A DNA stretch of 64,000 nt from an uncultured Ruminococcus sp. (GTDB lineage Bacteria > Bacillota > Clostridia > Oscillospirales > CAG-272), in the NCBI GenBank assembly GCA_964463375.1, contig CAYXBQ010000005.1:32698-96697 (forward strand). The letters run 5' to 3'. Under the pieces are notes generated by a model. That model ran no database searches. It worked only from the letters and a program-made list of their open reading frames with translations, and was not told the DNA's origin. The position numbers were made by a program, and so were the translations under genes. Of the stretch, positions 44,956-54,498 are shown piece by piece; position 1 is the first letter of the stretch; every line of letters begins with the position of its first letter.

Positions 44956-46026
44956 ATGCTGAATATCAAAATCGAAAAGAATCCCGCACCCAAGGCAAAG
45001 CCCACCGGCAAGCTGGGTTTTGGCAAGGTGTTTACCGACCATATGTTTCTGATGTCCTACTCTGTGGAGCAGGGCTGGCATGATGCACGGATCGTTCCCT
45101 ACGGCCCCATCTCCCTGGATCCTTCTGCCATGGTGTTCCACTATGCACAGGAGCTGTTCGAGGGCATGAAGGCATACCGTACGGCAGACAACAAGATCCA
45201 GCTGTTCCGGCCTGATAAGAACATCGAAAGAATGAACAACACCTGCGACCGTCTGTGTGTGCCCCAGATCGATCCTGCCGATGCGCTCCAGGCCATCAAG
45301 ACCCTGGTAGACGTGGACAAGGATTGGGTCCCCACCGACGATGGTGCTTCTCTGTATATCCGTCCCTTCATCATCGCTACCGATCCCATGTTAGGCGTGC
45401 ACCCGTCTCACACCTATCTGTTCATCATCATCCTGTCTCCCAGCGGATCTTACTATGCTGCCGGTCTGGATCCGGTGAAGATCTATGTGGAACGGGAATA
45501 TGTGCGCTGCGTTAAGGGCGGTACCGGTATTGCCAAGGCCGGCGGTAACTATGCGGCTTCCCTGAAGGGTCAGGAAAAGGCTGAAAAGATGGGATACGCA
45601 CAGGTGCTGTGGCTGGATGGCGTACACAGAAAGTACATCGACGAAGTGGGCGCTATGAACGTATTCTTCGTGATCGATGGCGTTGTGATCACGCCTGACC
45701 TGACCGATGGCAACATTTTGCCCGGCGTGACCCGTCGTTCCTGCATCGAGCTGCTCCAGAGCTGGGGCGTGCCCGTGGAAGAACGGAAGCTCTCCATCGA
45801 CGAAGTGATCGAAGCACACAAGAACGGCAAGCTGAACGAAGTATTCGGTACCGGTACGGCTGCGGTCATCTCTCCTGTTGGCGAACTGTTTGATAATGGT
45901 GAGAAGATGGTCATCAACAACAACCAGATCGGGCCTATCTCCCAGAAGCTGTACGATACCATCACCGGTATCCAGTGGGGCAAGCTGCCGGACGATATGG
46001 GTTGGACCGTTCCCGTATGTGACTGA
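44956..46026 (+). CDS. ilvE: Branched-chain amino acid aminotransferase
   Basis: GFGKVFTDHMF, YAQELFEGMKAYR, GGTGIAKAGGNYAASL, LPGVTRRS. Confidence 0.9.
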   Translation: MLNIKIEKNPAPKAKPTGKLGFGKVFTDHMFLMSYSVEQGWHDARIVPYGPISLDPSAMVFHYAQELFEGMKAYRTADNKIQLFRPDKNIERMNNTCDRLCVPQIDPADALQAIKTLVDVDKDWVPTDDGASLYIRPFIIATDPMLGVHPSHTYLFIIILSPSGSYYAAGLDPVKIYVEREYVRCVKGGTGIAKAGGNYAASLKGQEKAEKMGYAQVLWLDGVHRKYIDEVGAMNVFFVIDGVVITPDLTDGNILPGVTRRSCIELLQSWGVPVEERKLSIDEVIEAHKNGKLNEVFGTGTAAVISPVGELFDNGEKMVINNNQIGPISQKLYDTITGIQWGKLPDDMGWTVPVCD

Positions 46027-46054
46027 CGAACGGTTGCGTTCGAACGGTTGCGTT
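46027..46054. repeat. Perfect 14-bp tandem duplication immediately after the ilvE stop
   Basis: cgaacggttgcgtt occurs twice. Each copy can fold as GAACG-gttg-CGTTC. Confidence 0.9.
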
Positions 46055-46081
46055 TATCCCTTTCCTGTAGAACTTGATTAT

Positions 46082-46118
46082 AAAACCGCTTTGTTTACCT
46101 AGAACAGAGCGGTTTTTT
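46082..46118 (+). terminator. ilvE terminator
   Basis: aaaaccgct...agcggtttttt. Confidence 0.65.
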
Positions 46119-46183
46119 GTATCCACTCTGCCCTGCCCTACATATGCTGAAAGCAGAATCTCACGATGCTGTAGGAGGGATTT

Positions 46184-47263
46184 ATGCATACGGTCTTTCA
46201 GGGATACACGATGGTCCACGACGACATACCCACTTTTTTTGCCGGTGCCAATACCGGGCATGGATTTGTGGGGGCTTATGGGGACTTTGCAAAAGAGGAG
46301 AAACTGCGGCAGCTTTGGATCCTCAAAGGTGGAAGTGGTACGGGGAAAAGCACGCTGATGCGTAAGATCACAGTCGATGCGGCGGGACATAGTCTTGTGC
46401 AGTATTTGTGCAGTTCGGATCCCACTTCGCTGGATGCAGTGGTGGTAGATGGGGCGTACGTGGTCTTGGACGGAACGGCGCCACACGTGTGGGAGATGGC
46501 CTATCCGGGGGCGGTCTCAGAGATCGTATATCTTGGAAAATATTGGGATGCGGTGGTGCTGCGGGAACGGCGGGAGGAGATCGTCCGTATTTCCCGGGAA
46601 AAGAAAGCGGCATACGATAAGGGATACCGGGTATTGGCGGCGCTGTCGGTTTTGGAGACGGAAACGTACGATGCGGCCATGGCGATGTTGGATCGGGAAA
46701 AGATACAAAAGTGGGGACAGCGGCTATTGCGGGCATTCCCAAAAGCGGAACGAAGCGGTGGCGTGTGGGACTATCGCACCTGGTCGATTGGAATGCGGGG
46801 GCTATGGCGTACGGATGGACTATGGCATGGATGCGATCGGCATTGGGTGATCGAGGATGCGTATGAAACGGCTCCTTGTCTACTTACTATCTTAACGGAA
46901 TTGTGTCAGGCGGCGCAGATACCGGTGCTGCTCTCTCGACATCCGATCAACGACCGGATCGTGGAAATGGCCATTCCGGCATTGTCTCTACACTTGTCGA
47001 TAGGAGATACCGGCGAGGGTGCTGACAAGACCATATGTATGCAGCGGTTTTTGCAAAAAGACCTGTTGCAGTCCCCAAAGGGGGCGATCCGGTTGACCTG
47101 TCGGTGTATGGTGGAGATGTTGTCGCTGGCGGTGGAACACTTTGCTGTGGCGGGAGAGCGGCATATGGCACTGGAGGAGATCTACAAATCTGCGATGGAT
47201 TTTGTAAGGCTGCGGCGGGATACGACACTGCTGCGGAAACAGATCGTAGCGGAACTGTCGTAA
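46184..47263 (+). CDS. P-loop ATPase of unknown function (PRK06851-like family)
   Basis: FFAGANTGHGFVGAYGDF...LWILKGGSGTGKSTLMRKI...LCSSDPTSLDAVVVDG..VVLDGTAPHVWEMAYPGAVSEIVYLGKYWD matches the family as I remember it. Confidence 0.55.
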   Translation: MHTVFQGYTMVHDDIPTFFAGANTGHGFVGAYGDFAKEEKLRQLWILKGGSGTGKSTLMRKITVDAAGHSLVQYLCSSDPTSLDAVVVDGAYVVLDGTAPHVWEMAYPGAVSEIVYLGKYWDAVVLRERREEIVRISREKKAAYDKGYRVLAALSVLETETYDAAMAMLDREKIQKWGQRLLRAFPKAERSGGVWDYRTWSIGMRGLWRTDGLWHGCDRHWVIEDAYETAPCLLTILTELCQAAQIPVLLSRHPINDRIVEMAIPALSLHLSIGDTGEGADKTICMQRFLQKDLLQSPKGAIRLTCRCMVEMLSLAVEHFAVAGERHMALEEIYKSAMDFVRLRRDTTLLRKQIVAELS

Positions 47264-47384
47264 TCATGTACGAAAAAACATATGTCACAAAAAGTTTATA
47301 GACCGGTATCAGTTTTCCCTTGATTTCTGTGGGTGTTGGTTGTATAATGAGGACAAATGAAAAATAAGAGAAGAAGGTCGTATT

Positions 47385-47795
47385 ATGAATTCTTTACGCA
47401 ACAAATTACAACGGTTTCTGTGGGGGCGGTACGGGATCGATCCGCTATATTTTGGACTGCTGGGACTCTATGTGATCCTGGTGCTCCTACAGGCCCTTCT
47501 GGGATGGGATATCCTGGCACCGCTGGCCGGGTTCGTGGTGGTCTATGCCTTTTGGCGTACGCTGTCCAAAAACCATGCAGCCAGACGGCGGGAGAATGCG
47601 CTGTTTCTGAAGCTATGGAATCCCATTGGGAGGGAATTGGTACTGCTGAAGGATCGCTTTCGGGATCATAAAAACACCCGCTATCGCCACTGCAAGCACT
47701 GCCACGCCATCCTCAAGCTGCCCCACAAAAAGGGAAATCACACGGTCGTATGCCCCAAATGCCATGAACGGTTTTCGGTGCATATCCTGTTTTGA
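47385..47795 (+). CDS. Membrane protein with a C-terminal zinc ribbon
   Basis: Two TM helices (LYFGLLGLYVILVLLQALLGW, ILAPLAGFVVVYAFW) followed by RHCKHCHAILKLP...VVCPKCHERF. Confidence 0.6.
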   Translation: MNSLRNKLQRFLWGRYGIDPLYFGLLGLYVILVLLQALLGWDILAPLAGFVVVYAFWRTLSKNHAARRRENALFLKLWNPIGRELVLLKDRFRDHKNTRYRHCKHCHAILKLPHKKGNHTVVCPKCHERFSVHILF

Positions 47796-47824
47796 CATCA
47801 TTTGATCTTGCAAAGGAGGTTTCT

Positions 47825-49234
47825 ATGGAATATCGAGACTTTTTACAAAACGCCGCCCATGTGGTGCCCAGCCCTCGACAGCTTCGGTGGTACGACATGG
47901 AGTTCTATGCTTTCGTGCATTTTACGGTGAATACATACACCGATCGGGAGTGGGGTCTTGGTGACGAGCCGGAATCCATCTTCAACCCGGTGGATCTGGA
48001 CTGCGACAGCTGGGTAGAAGCGGTGAAGTCTGCCGGCATGAAGGGGATCATTCTGACTGCCAAGCACCACGATGGCTTCTGCCTATGGCCCACCAAGACT
48101 ACGGAACACTGCGTCCGCAACAGTCCCTGGAAAAACGGGCAGGGTGACGTGGTGAAGGAGTGTGCGGAGGCTTGCCGCCGTGGCGGGATCAAGTTTGGGG
48201 TGTATCTATCTCCCTGGGATCGCAATGCGCCGCAGTACGGTACCGATGCCTACAACGATTTCTACTGTGCGCAGCTGACGGAGCTTTTGACCGGATATGG
48301 GGAGCTGTTCGAGGTTTGGTTCGACAATGCCTGTGGAGAAGGTCCTTCCGGCAAGAAGCAGGTGTACGACTTTCCACGGTATATTGAACTCATTCGTAAG
48401 TACCAGCCGGGTGCGGTGATCTACAACGACCATGGACCGGACGTGCGTTGGTGTGGCAATGAAGCGGGTACGGCCAGACGGGCAGAATGGGCTGTGGTTC
48501 CCCACGAGCTTTGCTTCCATGCGGACAAGCAGACCGGTGCCGGGCCGTTGGCGGGAGATATTTCCTGGATCTTTAACTGGGACGAATGCATTGGGGATCT
48601 GCCGGTGATCCAGTATTCTCGTGGGCTTGCCTTCTGCGGTGCGGAGATCGATATGTCCATCCGACCGGGTTGGTTCTATCACGAAAACGAAGAGCCCCAT
48701 TCGCTGGATCGGCTGTTCAACACCTATCTGAACGCCTGCGGTGCCAACACGGGGTTCAACCTGAACATCCCGCCCATGCCCAATGGTAAGTTCAACGACA
48801 AGGATGTTGCCAGACTCAAAGAGCTGGGGCAGGCTATCCGGGGTGCATTTGGGGAAGATAAGGTAGTTCCCTGCACCGTGGAAAAGCTTTCTCTGACGGA
48901 GGACAACCAGTTGGCGGCTCGACCCATGTATGCAGCAGCTGCGGATGCTACGGCAGCGGACACCTCTTCCACCAGCGATACGCAGTGCCTGTTACGGCTG
49001 CATTTGCCGGAGAAGACCAAGATCGCGTATATACGGCTGCGGGAGAATATTGCTGTTGGTCAGCGGGTGGAAGGCTTCCGGATCCTGAACGGCGGCAGTC
49101 CTGTGTATCGTGGATATACCATTGGTCACAACCGGATCTGCCCGGTGCAGGTGGAAACGGACACGCTGGATATTCTGATCACCTCTGCCAGAGACGTGGT
49201 GGAGCTGCGGGATATTACCGTTTATAAGGCATAA
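47825..49234 (+). CDS. GH29 alpha-L-fucosidase
   Basis: ATG at 47825 after aaaggagg. TAKHHDGFCLWPT, GVYLSPWD, VWFDNACGEG. C-terminal beta-sandwich. No signal peptide. Confidence 0.85.
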   Translation: MEYRDFLQNAAHVVPSPRQLRWYDMEFYAFVHFTVNTYTDREWGLGDEPESIFNPVDLDCDSWVEAVKSAGMKGIILTAKHHDGFCLWPTKTTEHCVRNSPWKNGQGDVVKECAEACRRGGIKFGVYLSPWDRNAPQYGTDAYNDFYCAQLTELLTGYGELFEVWFDNACGEGPSGKKQVYDFPRYIELIRKYQPGAVIYNDHGPDVRWCGNEAGTARRAEWAVVPHELCFHADKQTGAGPLAGDISWIFNWDECIGDLPVIQYSRGLAFCGAEIDMSIRPGWFYHENEEPHSLDRLFNTYLNACGANTGFNLNIPPMPNGKFNDKDVARLKELGQAIRGAFGEDKVVPCTVEKLSLTEDNQLAARPMYAAAADATAADTSSTSDTQCLLRLHLPEKTKIAYIRLRENIAVGQRVEGFRILNGGSPVYRGYTIGHNRICPVQVETDTLDILITSARDVVELRDITVYKA

Positions 49235-49302
49235 GCGCATATATATTATCCAAAATTTAAATTTTGTCTAATTTGCAAATCACGCAACAGGAGATATAGG
49301 AT

Positions 49303-50166
49303 ATGAAAGTTGGTAATTCTACAGGATCGTATTGGTATGGCGGCGAACCGGAAGGTATCTTTGGTCGCATGGTGGAGCTGGGGTATGAAGCGGCAGACTG
49401 GGGGATCTCGGACACCAAAGCGGACATCTACCACGACGATGCCATCATGGAAGACTACTGCAAAAAGGTACGGGCAGCGGTGGAAAAGACCGGGATCATT
49501 CTGTGGCAGGCACATGGTCCCTGGCCGACCGATGATAAGACACCCGAATCCCGTGCCATCGAATGGGGCTATTTCCACCGGGCTGTGTACATGTGCCATC
49601 TGGCTGGCTGTCCCCGACTGGTGATCCATCCCCAGATGCCCTACGGTTGGGGTGCAGAAGAGGATGCCGATTTTTCCGAGCAGCTGACCATCGATCTGAT
49701 CCGGGATCTGCTGCCGGACTGCGAAAAATATGGCGTGACCATTTGTCTGGAGAATATGCCCATGATGGCACACCGGATCTCGCCTATCCCGAAGATCGTG
49801 GAAGCGGTGAAAAAGATCGATTCTCCCTATGTGGGGATCTGTCTGGATACCGGGCACGTGAATGTGTATGGTACCGATCTGGGGGAGATGGTCCGTTGTG
49901 CGGCACCGTATCTGCAGTCTCTCCACGTACACGATAACGATGGAAAGTCCGACCAGCACCAGCTGCCCTATCTGGGTTCTGCCAACTGGGAAAGCTTCGC
50001 TGTGGCACTGGGGGAGATCGATTTCAAGGGTCCGCTGATCCTGGAGACCTGTGGTGTACTGCCCCGCTCCGGCTCTATGGAGCTGCAAACCATGTTCGAA
50101 AAGTTCACGGTATCGGTGGCTAAGCATTTGGCTGAACAGGTGGAAGCTGCCCGGAAGGCACACTAA
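49303..50166 (+). CDS. Sugar phosphate isomerase/epimerase (TIM barrel)
   Basis: TICLENMP, GICLDTGHVN, LHVHDNDGKSDQHQLPYLG. Confidence 0.75.
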   Translation: MKVGNSTGSYWYGGEPEGIFGRMVELGYEAADWGISDTKADIYHDDAIMEDYCKKVRAAVEKTGIILWQAHGPWPTDDKTPESRAIEWGYFHRAVYMCHLAGCPRLVIHPQMPYGWGAEEDADFSEQLTIDLIRDLLPDCEKYGVTICLENMPMMAHRISPIPKIVEAVKKIDSPYVGICLDTGHVNVYGTDLGEMVRCAAPYLQSLHVHDNDGKSDQHQLPYLGSANWESFAVALGEIDFKGPLILETCGVLPRSGSMELQTMFEKFTVSVAKHLAEQVEAARKAH

Positions 50167-50230
50167 ACAAATATCTAATGCACAAGCGGCGATTTGGATA
50201 ATTCCAAGTCGCTGTTTTTTATGCAATAGA

Positions 50231-50273
50231 AAAGATCCGACCTAGCTTGTAACCATAGATCGGATCTATTTTT
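50231..50273. terminator. Bidirectional terminator
   Basis: agatccga...tcggatct with A-run and T-run on both sides, between convergent genes. Confidence 0.6.
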
Positions 50274-50279
50274 ATGCGA

Positions 50280-52238
50280 CTATTTTACCAATACATGTAC
50301 GCCGTAGGGTTCGACTTCCATGATGCCGGGGCCATAGGTCTTGCCGGTGAGCACGTCTTCCATGGGGGTATCCAGCCGGATGGTCGCTTCGCTGTTGCCC
50401 ACTTCGCAGAGTACCAGGCCATTTGCCGTCTCGCCCTTGCGTTCGGCTGCTACCAGCATACCGGTCGTTTCGTGGGGTATGACACCAGCTTCTGCCATCG
50501 CATGTTTGTAAAACTTATCGAGAGCAGCCTCATCGGGGATCGTACCACACAGGATCACAGCACCCTTGCCATAGGGGATCTTGCCGAGGATGGTCTCACC
50601 GTTCAGTGCGCTGTGTCCAGCCGTGACGGATGCCCATGCTTCACCATGTTCCGGCAAAGTATAGCATTCCACCCATCTTTGACAGCTCAGCACTTCTCCA
50701 TCACACCAATGGGTCTGCAATACCGAACCGTCGGTGGGGACAGAATAGTCAAGCCGGATACCGATCATATCCTCGAGCATTCCCATAGCACGGTCGATGT
50801 AGTGTGCGCCAATATCGTTTCGCACATCTGTGAGCGGTCCTGCGATCCAGATGCCACCGTTTTCGACCCATGCACGGATGCGCTCTGCCATATCACCATC
50901 TTCGAGTGTCATGAGCAGGGGGGAGATGAGGAGCTTATAACCGTCCAAGGTATGCTTTGCACCGATCACGTCCGGGCAGATGCCTGTGCGCAGGAGAGCC
51001 TTGTGCATTCCGATGACCTCAGACGAATAGTTGAGTCCAGCCACCACGGGCTGCTGTTCAAACAGATTCCAACTACGGGAGGTGAAGTGCAGAGCAACGG
51101 GAGATTCGACCTTGGTCTCGTTGATAAAATCAGCAGCTTTACCAAATTCGTCAGCGGTCTGCTGGATCTCACCGAACACATGACAGGGGCGACCTTCGGG
51201 GGACAGCACCGAACCGTGAGTCAACTCATGCCCTGCCCAATGCTGCCGCCACAGCCAGTACATATTCGCCTCTCCACCCAATGCGATGGGCAGCCATGAA
51301 TTGACACGGCAATAGCCCTCCGGCTTGAGCGTCTGGCTGATGCTGACCGAACCGTTCCATGTGGTGGCAGTTTCGGTATTCCAGAAGGGGCGATCCTTGA
51401 GGGTGCGCAGGAAATCGAACCAGAACACGACCTCATGCAGGTTGCCCGGAACGTTGTAGTGATTGAACTGCACCACGTCCAGTGGCTCTGTCATGCCCTC
51501 GTAATCCAAACCGTTGAACGGCATCATATCCGTGCCGATGGGTGCGCTCGTATACTGCCGCAGGATGGCTGCTTGACGATGCATGAAATCCATATCGGCT
51601 TTGTGGTGCGCCAGTCTCCAATCCAGGTTGATGTGGGGGTTATGCCATGCGTTTATGGCGGGGGGAACGTCTTCGAAGTGGTCGTAAGCCTGGCTGAACA
51701 GATTCAGATTCCATCTGGCGTTCAACTCTTCGATGGTGCCATATTTTTCCTTTAGGAAATCGTGGAATGCCTTGACGCAGTGAGGACAGGTGCAGCCAGG
51801 TCCCCATGTGTAAATCTCGTTGTCGAGCTGCCAGCCGATGACCGCCGGATCGTTGCCGAATTCCCGACCCATCGCATGTACGATGGCATCGGAGGCTTCG
51901 AGATAATGGGGGTTATTGGAGCAGCAATGCCGTCTGCCGCCGTGGTTTGTACCGGGATGCAGAACATCGGGATAGGCACGGGACAGCCAAATGGGGGGTG
52001 TGGCGGTGGGGGTGCCTAAGATCACGGCAATACCGGCTGCGTGCAGAGCATCCACCACGTAGTGCAGCCAATCGAAATCGTACATACCACGTACCGGCTC
52101 CATTTTGCGCCAGGCAAATTCACCGATACGGGCGCAGGTGATCCCGGCTTCCTGCATCATATGGATGTCGTAGGCGATCTCTTTGGTATCCCAGTCTTCC
52201 GGATAGTAGGCACAGCCTAAGAAAGGTTTTATGATCAT
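50280..52238 (-). CDS. GH42 beta-galactosidase
   Basis: ATG at 52238 after ggaggattatt. GCAYYPEDWD, ARIGEFAWRKMEP, LGTPTATPPIWL, WQLDNE. The 73-codon extension in the track has no SD and is not GH42-like. Confidence 0.85.
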   Translation of the reverse strand: MIIKPFLGCAYYPEDWDTKEIAYDIHMMQEAGITCARIGEFAWRKMEPVRGMYDFDWLHYVVDALHAAGIAVILGTPTATPPIWLSRAYPDVLHPGTNHGGRRHCCSNNPHYLEASDAIVHAMGREFGNDPAVIGWQLDNEIYTWGPGCTCPHCVKAFHDFLKEKYGTIEELNARWNLNLFSQAYDHFEDVPPAINAWHNPHINLDWRLAHHKADMDFMHRQAAILRQYTSAPIGTDMMPFNGLDYEGMTEPLDVVQFNHYNVPGNLHEVVFWFDFLRTLKDRPFWNTETATTWNGSVSISQTLKPEGYCRVNSWLPIALGGEANMYWLWRQHWAGHELTHGSVLSPEGRPCHVFGEIQQTADEFGKAADFINETKVESPVALHFTSRSWNLFEQQPVVAGLNYSSEVIGMHKALLRTGICPDVIGAKHTLDGYKLLISPLLMTLEDGDMAERIRAWVENGGIWIAGPLTDVRNDIGAHYIDRAMGMLEDMIGIRLDYSVPTDGSVLQTHWCDGEVLSCQRWVECYTLPEHGEAWASVTAGHSALNGETILGKIPYGKGAVILCGTIPDEAALDKFYKHAMAEAGVIPHETTGMLVAAERKGETANGLVLCEVGNSEATIRLDTPMEDVLTGKTYGPGIMEVEPYGVHVLVK

Positions 52239-52398
52239 AATAATCCTCCGTTGGTCAAGGCAGCACCATGGCAGAATTCGCAGTGCAGCCTGTTTCATTG
52301 GATATAGTATACCACATTTTCCGGCAAATTGGAAGAGGAAAATGGCAAAAATACAAAAAAAGCGACTATCGTGAAGATAATCGCTTGAATAATTTGGA

Positions 52399-53751
52399 TC
52401 ACAGCTCGCCGGAAATGTGGGTGTAGATCTGTTCTCGGATCGTGGTGATGGTCGCATAGGTCTGGGCGATCCAGAGTAGGGTGATGACGATACAGATCAC
52501 GCCAATGGATTCCACATCCACCAGGGCGTATCGATAGGCACAGGCGGCGATAGTATTAACTACGGCTATGGCAGCATTGAGCAGCAGACGGGATCCGGCT
52601 AAGTTGGTCAGCTCCACATTTTGTGCTTGTCTGCTGTAGGGCAAGCCGGGGACTTCGGCACGATCGGTCAGGTGCTGGCGGATCACACGGAAGTATACCA
52701 CTAAGAACAGCAGCAGTCCAGCCAATGCGGCGATGTATTCCAACAGTTCGGTTACGGCCATGGCGTAATAGCGATCGTAGGCTTTGTCGATCCACTCCAC
52801 AGCTTCGACTTGGTAATCGTCGAAGTAGCGGATCTGCTGGATCAGGTTCCATATGGACAATCCGGCTCGAACGATGGCAAAGGGGATCACGCCGTAGGCC
52901 AGCTTTTCATACTTCCCTGCGTACACAGCGGCGGCGACGAGGAACCCGGCGGATATGGCACCCACCATCACGTTCACGCCATCCACGATGCAGAACAGCG
53001 ATGTGACCACGGCGAGCAGGTAGCAGAATGCTACCTTTCGCATACGCATGGCACAGAACAGGCCGGTCTGCGGCAGGATGTCGGTCTCGTACTTCCTTTG
53101 CAACCGGGTGAGGAAGGCTTGTTCCTTCCGGATGCCGTTCCAGTATTTGTATGTACGAACGTACCACACCAGACCCACGATCAGAACGATCAGACCCAGC
53201 AGCACGTACAGGAACGGTTTGTAGTAGGAATATTCGATAGAGATCGTATTCACCGTACCCACGTAATCGAACAGCTGTAATGCCGTCAGCTCCGGGGCGA
53301 TGGAACAGGCCACCCGCAGGATGTAGAACACCAATGTATGTCGCAGCCAGCTTTCGCCACGTTCCTTGGGTTTGCGGTTCTTGCGCTGGATCTTAGCATA
53401 CACGGCCTCGCTCTGGTACCACATACCGGCGAAATCGAAGCCTTCCTTCAATTCTTTGATGGCCGGGATGAAATACAGCAGCTCAAAAATGGAGAAGACA
53501 AAGGTAAGCAGCAGCATACCGGAATCCGAGACCATGGGCCAAAACAGGATGGCAAAGCATTTTGCAAGCTCTATTAGCCCCAGTTTCCAAAAGCGATCCT
53601 TGGCTTCGGAAAGGTGATCTACGAACAAGGCGGTCTTTGATAGTCCTTTTACGATCAGGAAGAAACCAATGCAGTCCGGCAGGAGGTCCAGTATGTGGAC
53701 CACGGGGTTTATCAGGAATAGAAAACCCACAAGAATATATCCGATCCCCAT
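52399..53751 (-). CDS. Polytopic membrane protein of unknown function (450 aa)
   Basis: ATG at 53751 after aaggag. About 10 hydrophobic segments. N-terminus MGIGYILVGFLFLINPVVHILDLLPDCIGFFLIVKGLSK is paralogous to the upstream gene. Confidence 0.65.
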   Translation of the reverse strand: MGIGYILVGFLFLINPVVHILDLLPDCIGFFLIVKGLSKTALFVDHLSEAKDRFWKLGLIELAKCFAILFWPMVSDSGMLLLTFVFSIFELLYFIPAIKELKEGFDFAGMWYQSEAVYAKIQRKNRKPKERGESWLRHTLVFYILRVACSIAPELTALQLFDYVGTVNTISIEYSYYKPFLYVLLGLIVLIVGLVWYVRTYKYWNGIRKEQAFLTRLQRKYETDILPQTGLFCAMRMRKVAFCYLLAVVTSLFCIVDGVNVMVGAISAGFLVAAAVYAGKYEKLAYGVIPFAIVRAGLSIWNLIQQIRYFDDYQVEAVEWIDKAYDRYYAMAVTELLEYIAALAGLLLFLVVYFRVIRQHLTDRAEVPGLPYSRQAQNVELTNLAGSRLLLNAAIAVVNTIAACAYRYALVDVESIGVICIVITLLWIAQTYATITTIREQIYTHISGEL

Positions 53752-53761
53752 ATTTTCTCCT

Positions 53762-54493
53762 TTATTTCTTTTTTGTCTTTTTCTTTTTGGTGCCACGGCG
53801 TTTGGTCTTCTCCGCTGCCTTTTTTTCCGCTTCTTCCAGTGCTAACTCCATAGACTGCTTGCGATAGGCGTTCTTTTTGTCCTCCACGCGGTCGAATGCG
53901 TCACTGAGTTTATTGAACAGCGGGATCTTCGAGCGGCGGTTTTCCATGGGGTCCCCTTCAGCAGGATACAGCATACCGAAGCAGGAATGGAACAGCAGGA
54001 TATTGACGATCATGCAGACCCAGAAATACAGGTACACCAGCAGACTCACGTAGGATACCACTTCCGGTGCCGCCTGGGCAAGCAACAGCGTACCGAAATA
54101 CAGCACGTAATAGGTGATGCTCATGACCAGGTTCCGCAGTGCTTTTTCGGCAAGCCCCGGACATTCTGCCCCCGTAGCGATCCCACGGACACCCAACAGG
54201 ATACAAACATGCATCCCCAGTGCGGACAGTGCCTTGATGATATCCATGATCATATCCAGCGGGCTGCCATTTTCCAGCTTATGCAGGGACAGCAGCACAC
54301 CGGCAGACAGGGCCAGTATGGTAAAGATCACACCGGCCACTGCAGCTCCTTGGAAATAGCGATTGTACTCTGCCAGCTTGGTGAAGGCGTACAGCATCAC
54401 CAGGGCTCCGATCACGTCGGCAAAAAAGTAGGCTTCCGAAATGGTAAAGGCGAAGGTCAGGAAATATCCGAATAGTAACAGTCCAAAACCCAT
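53762..54493 (-). CDS. Polytopic membrane protein of unknown function with a Lys-rich C-terminal tail (243 aa)
   Basis: ATG at 54493, 5 nt after the secA stop. MGFGLLLFGYFLTFAF...FADVIGALVMLYAFTKL. Tail EEAEKKAAEKTKRRGTKKKKTKKK. Confidence 0.6.
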   Translation of the reverse strand: MGFGLLLFGYFLTFAFTISEAYFFADVIGALVMLYAFTKLAEYNRYFQGAAVAGVIFTILALSAGVLLSLHKLENGSPLDMIMDIIKALSALGMHVCILLGVRGIATGAECPGLAEKALRNLVMSITYYVLYFGTLLLAQAAPEVVSYVSLLVYLYFWVCMIVNILLFHSCFGMLYPAEGDPMENRRSKIPLFNKLSDAFDRVEDKKNAYRKQSMELALEEAEKKAAEKTKRRGTKKKKTKKK

Positions 54494-54498
54494 ATGGA

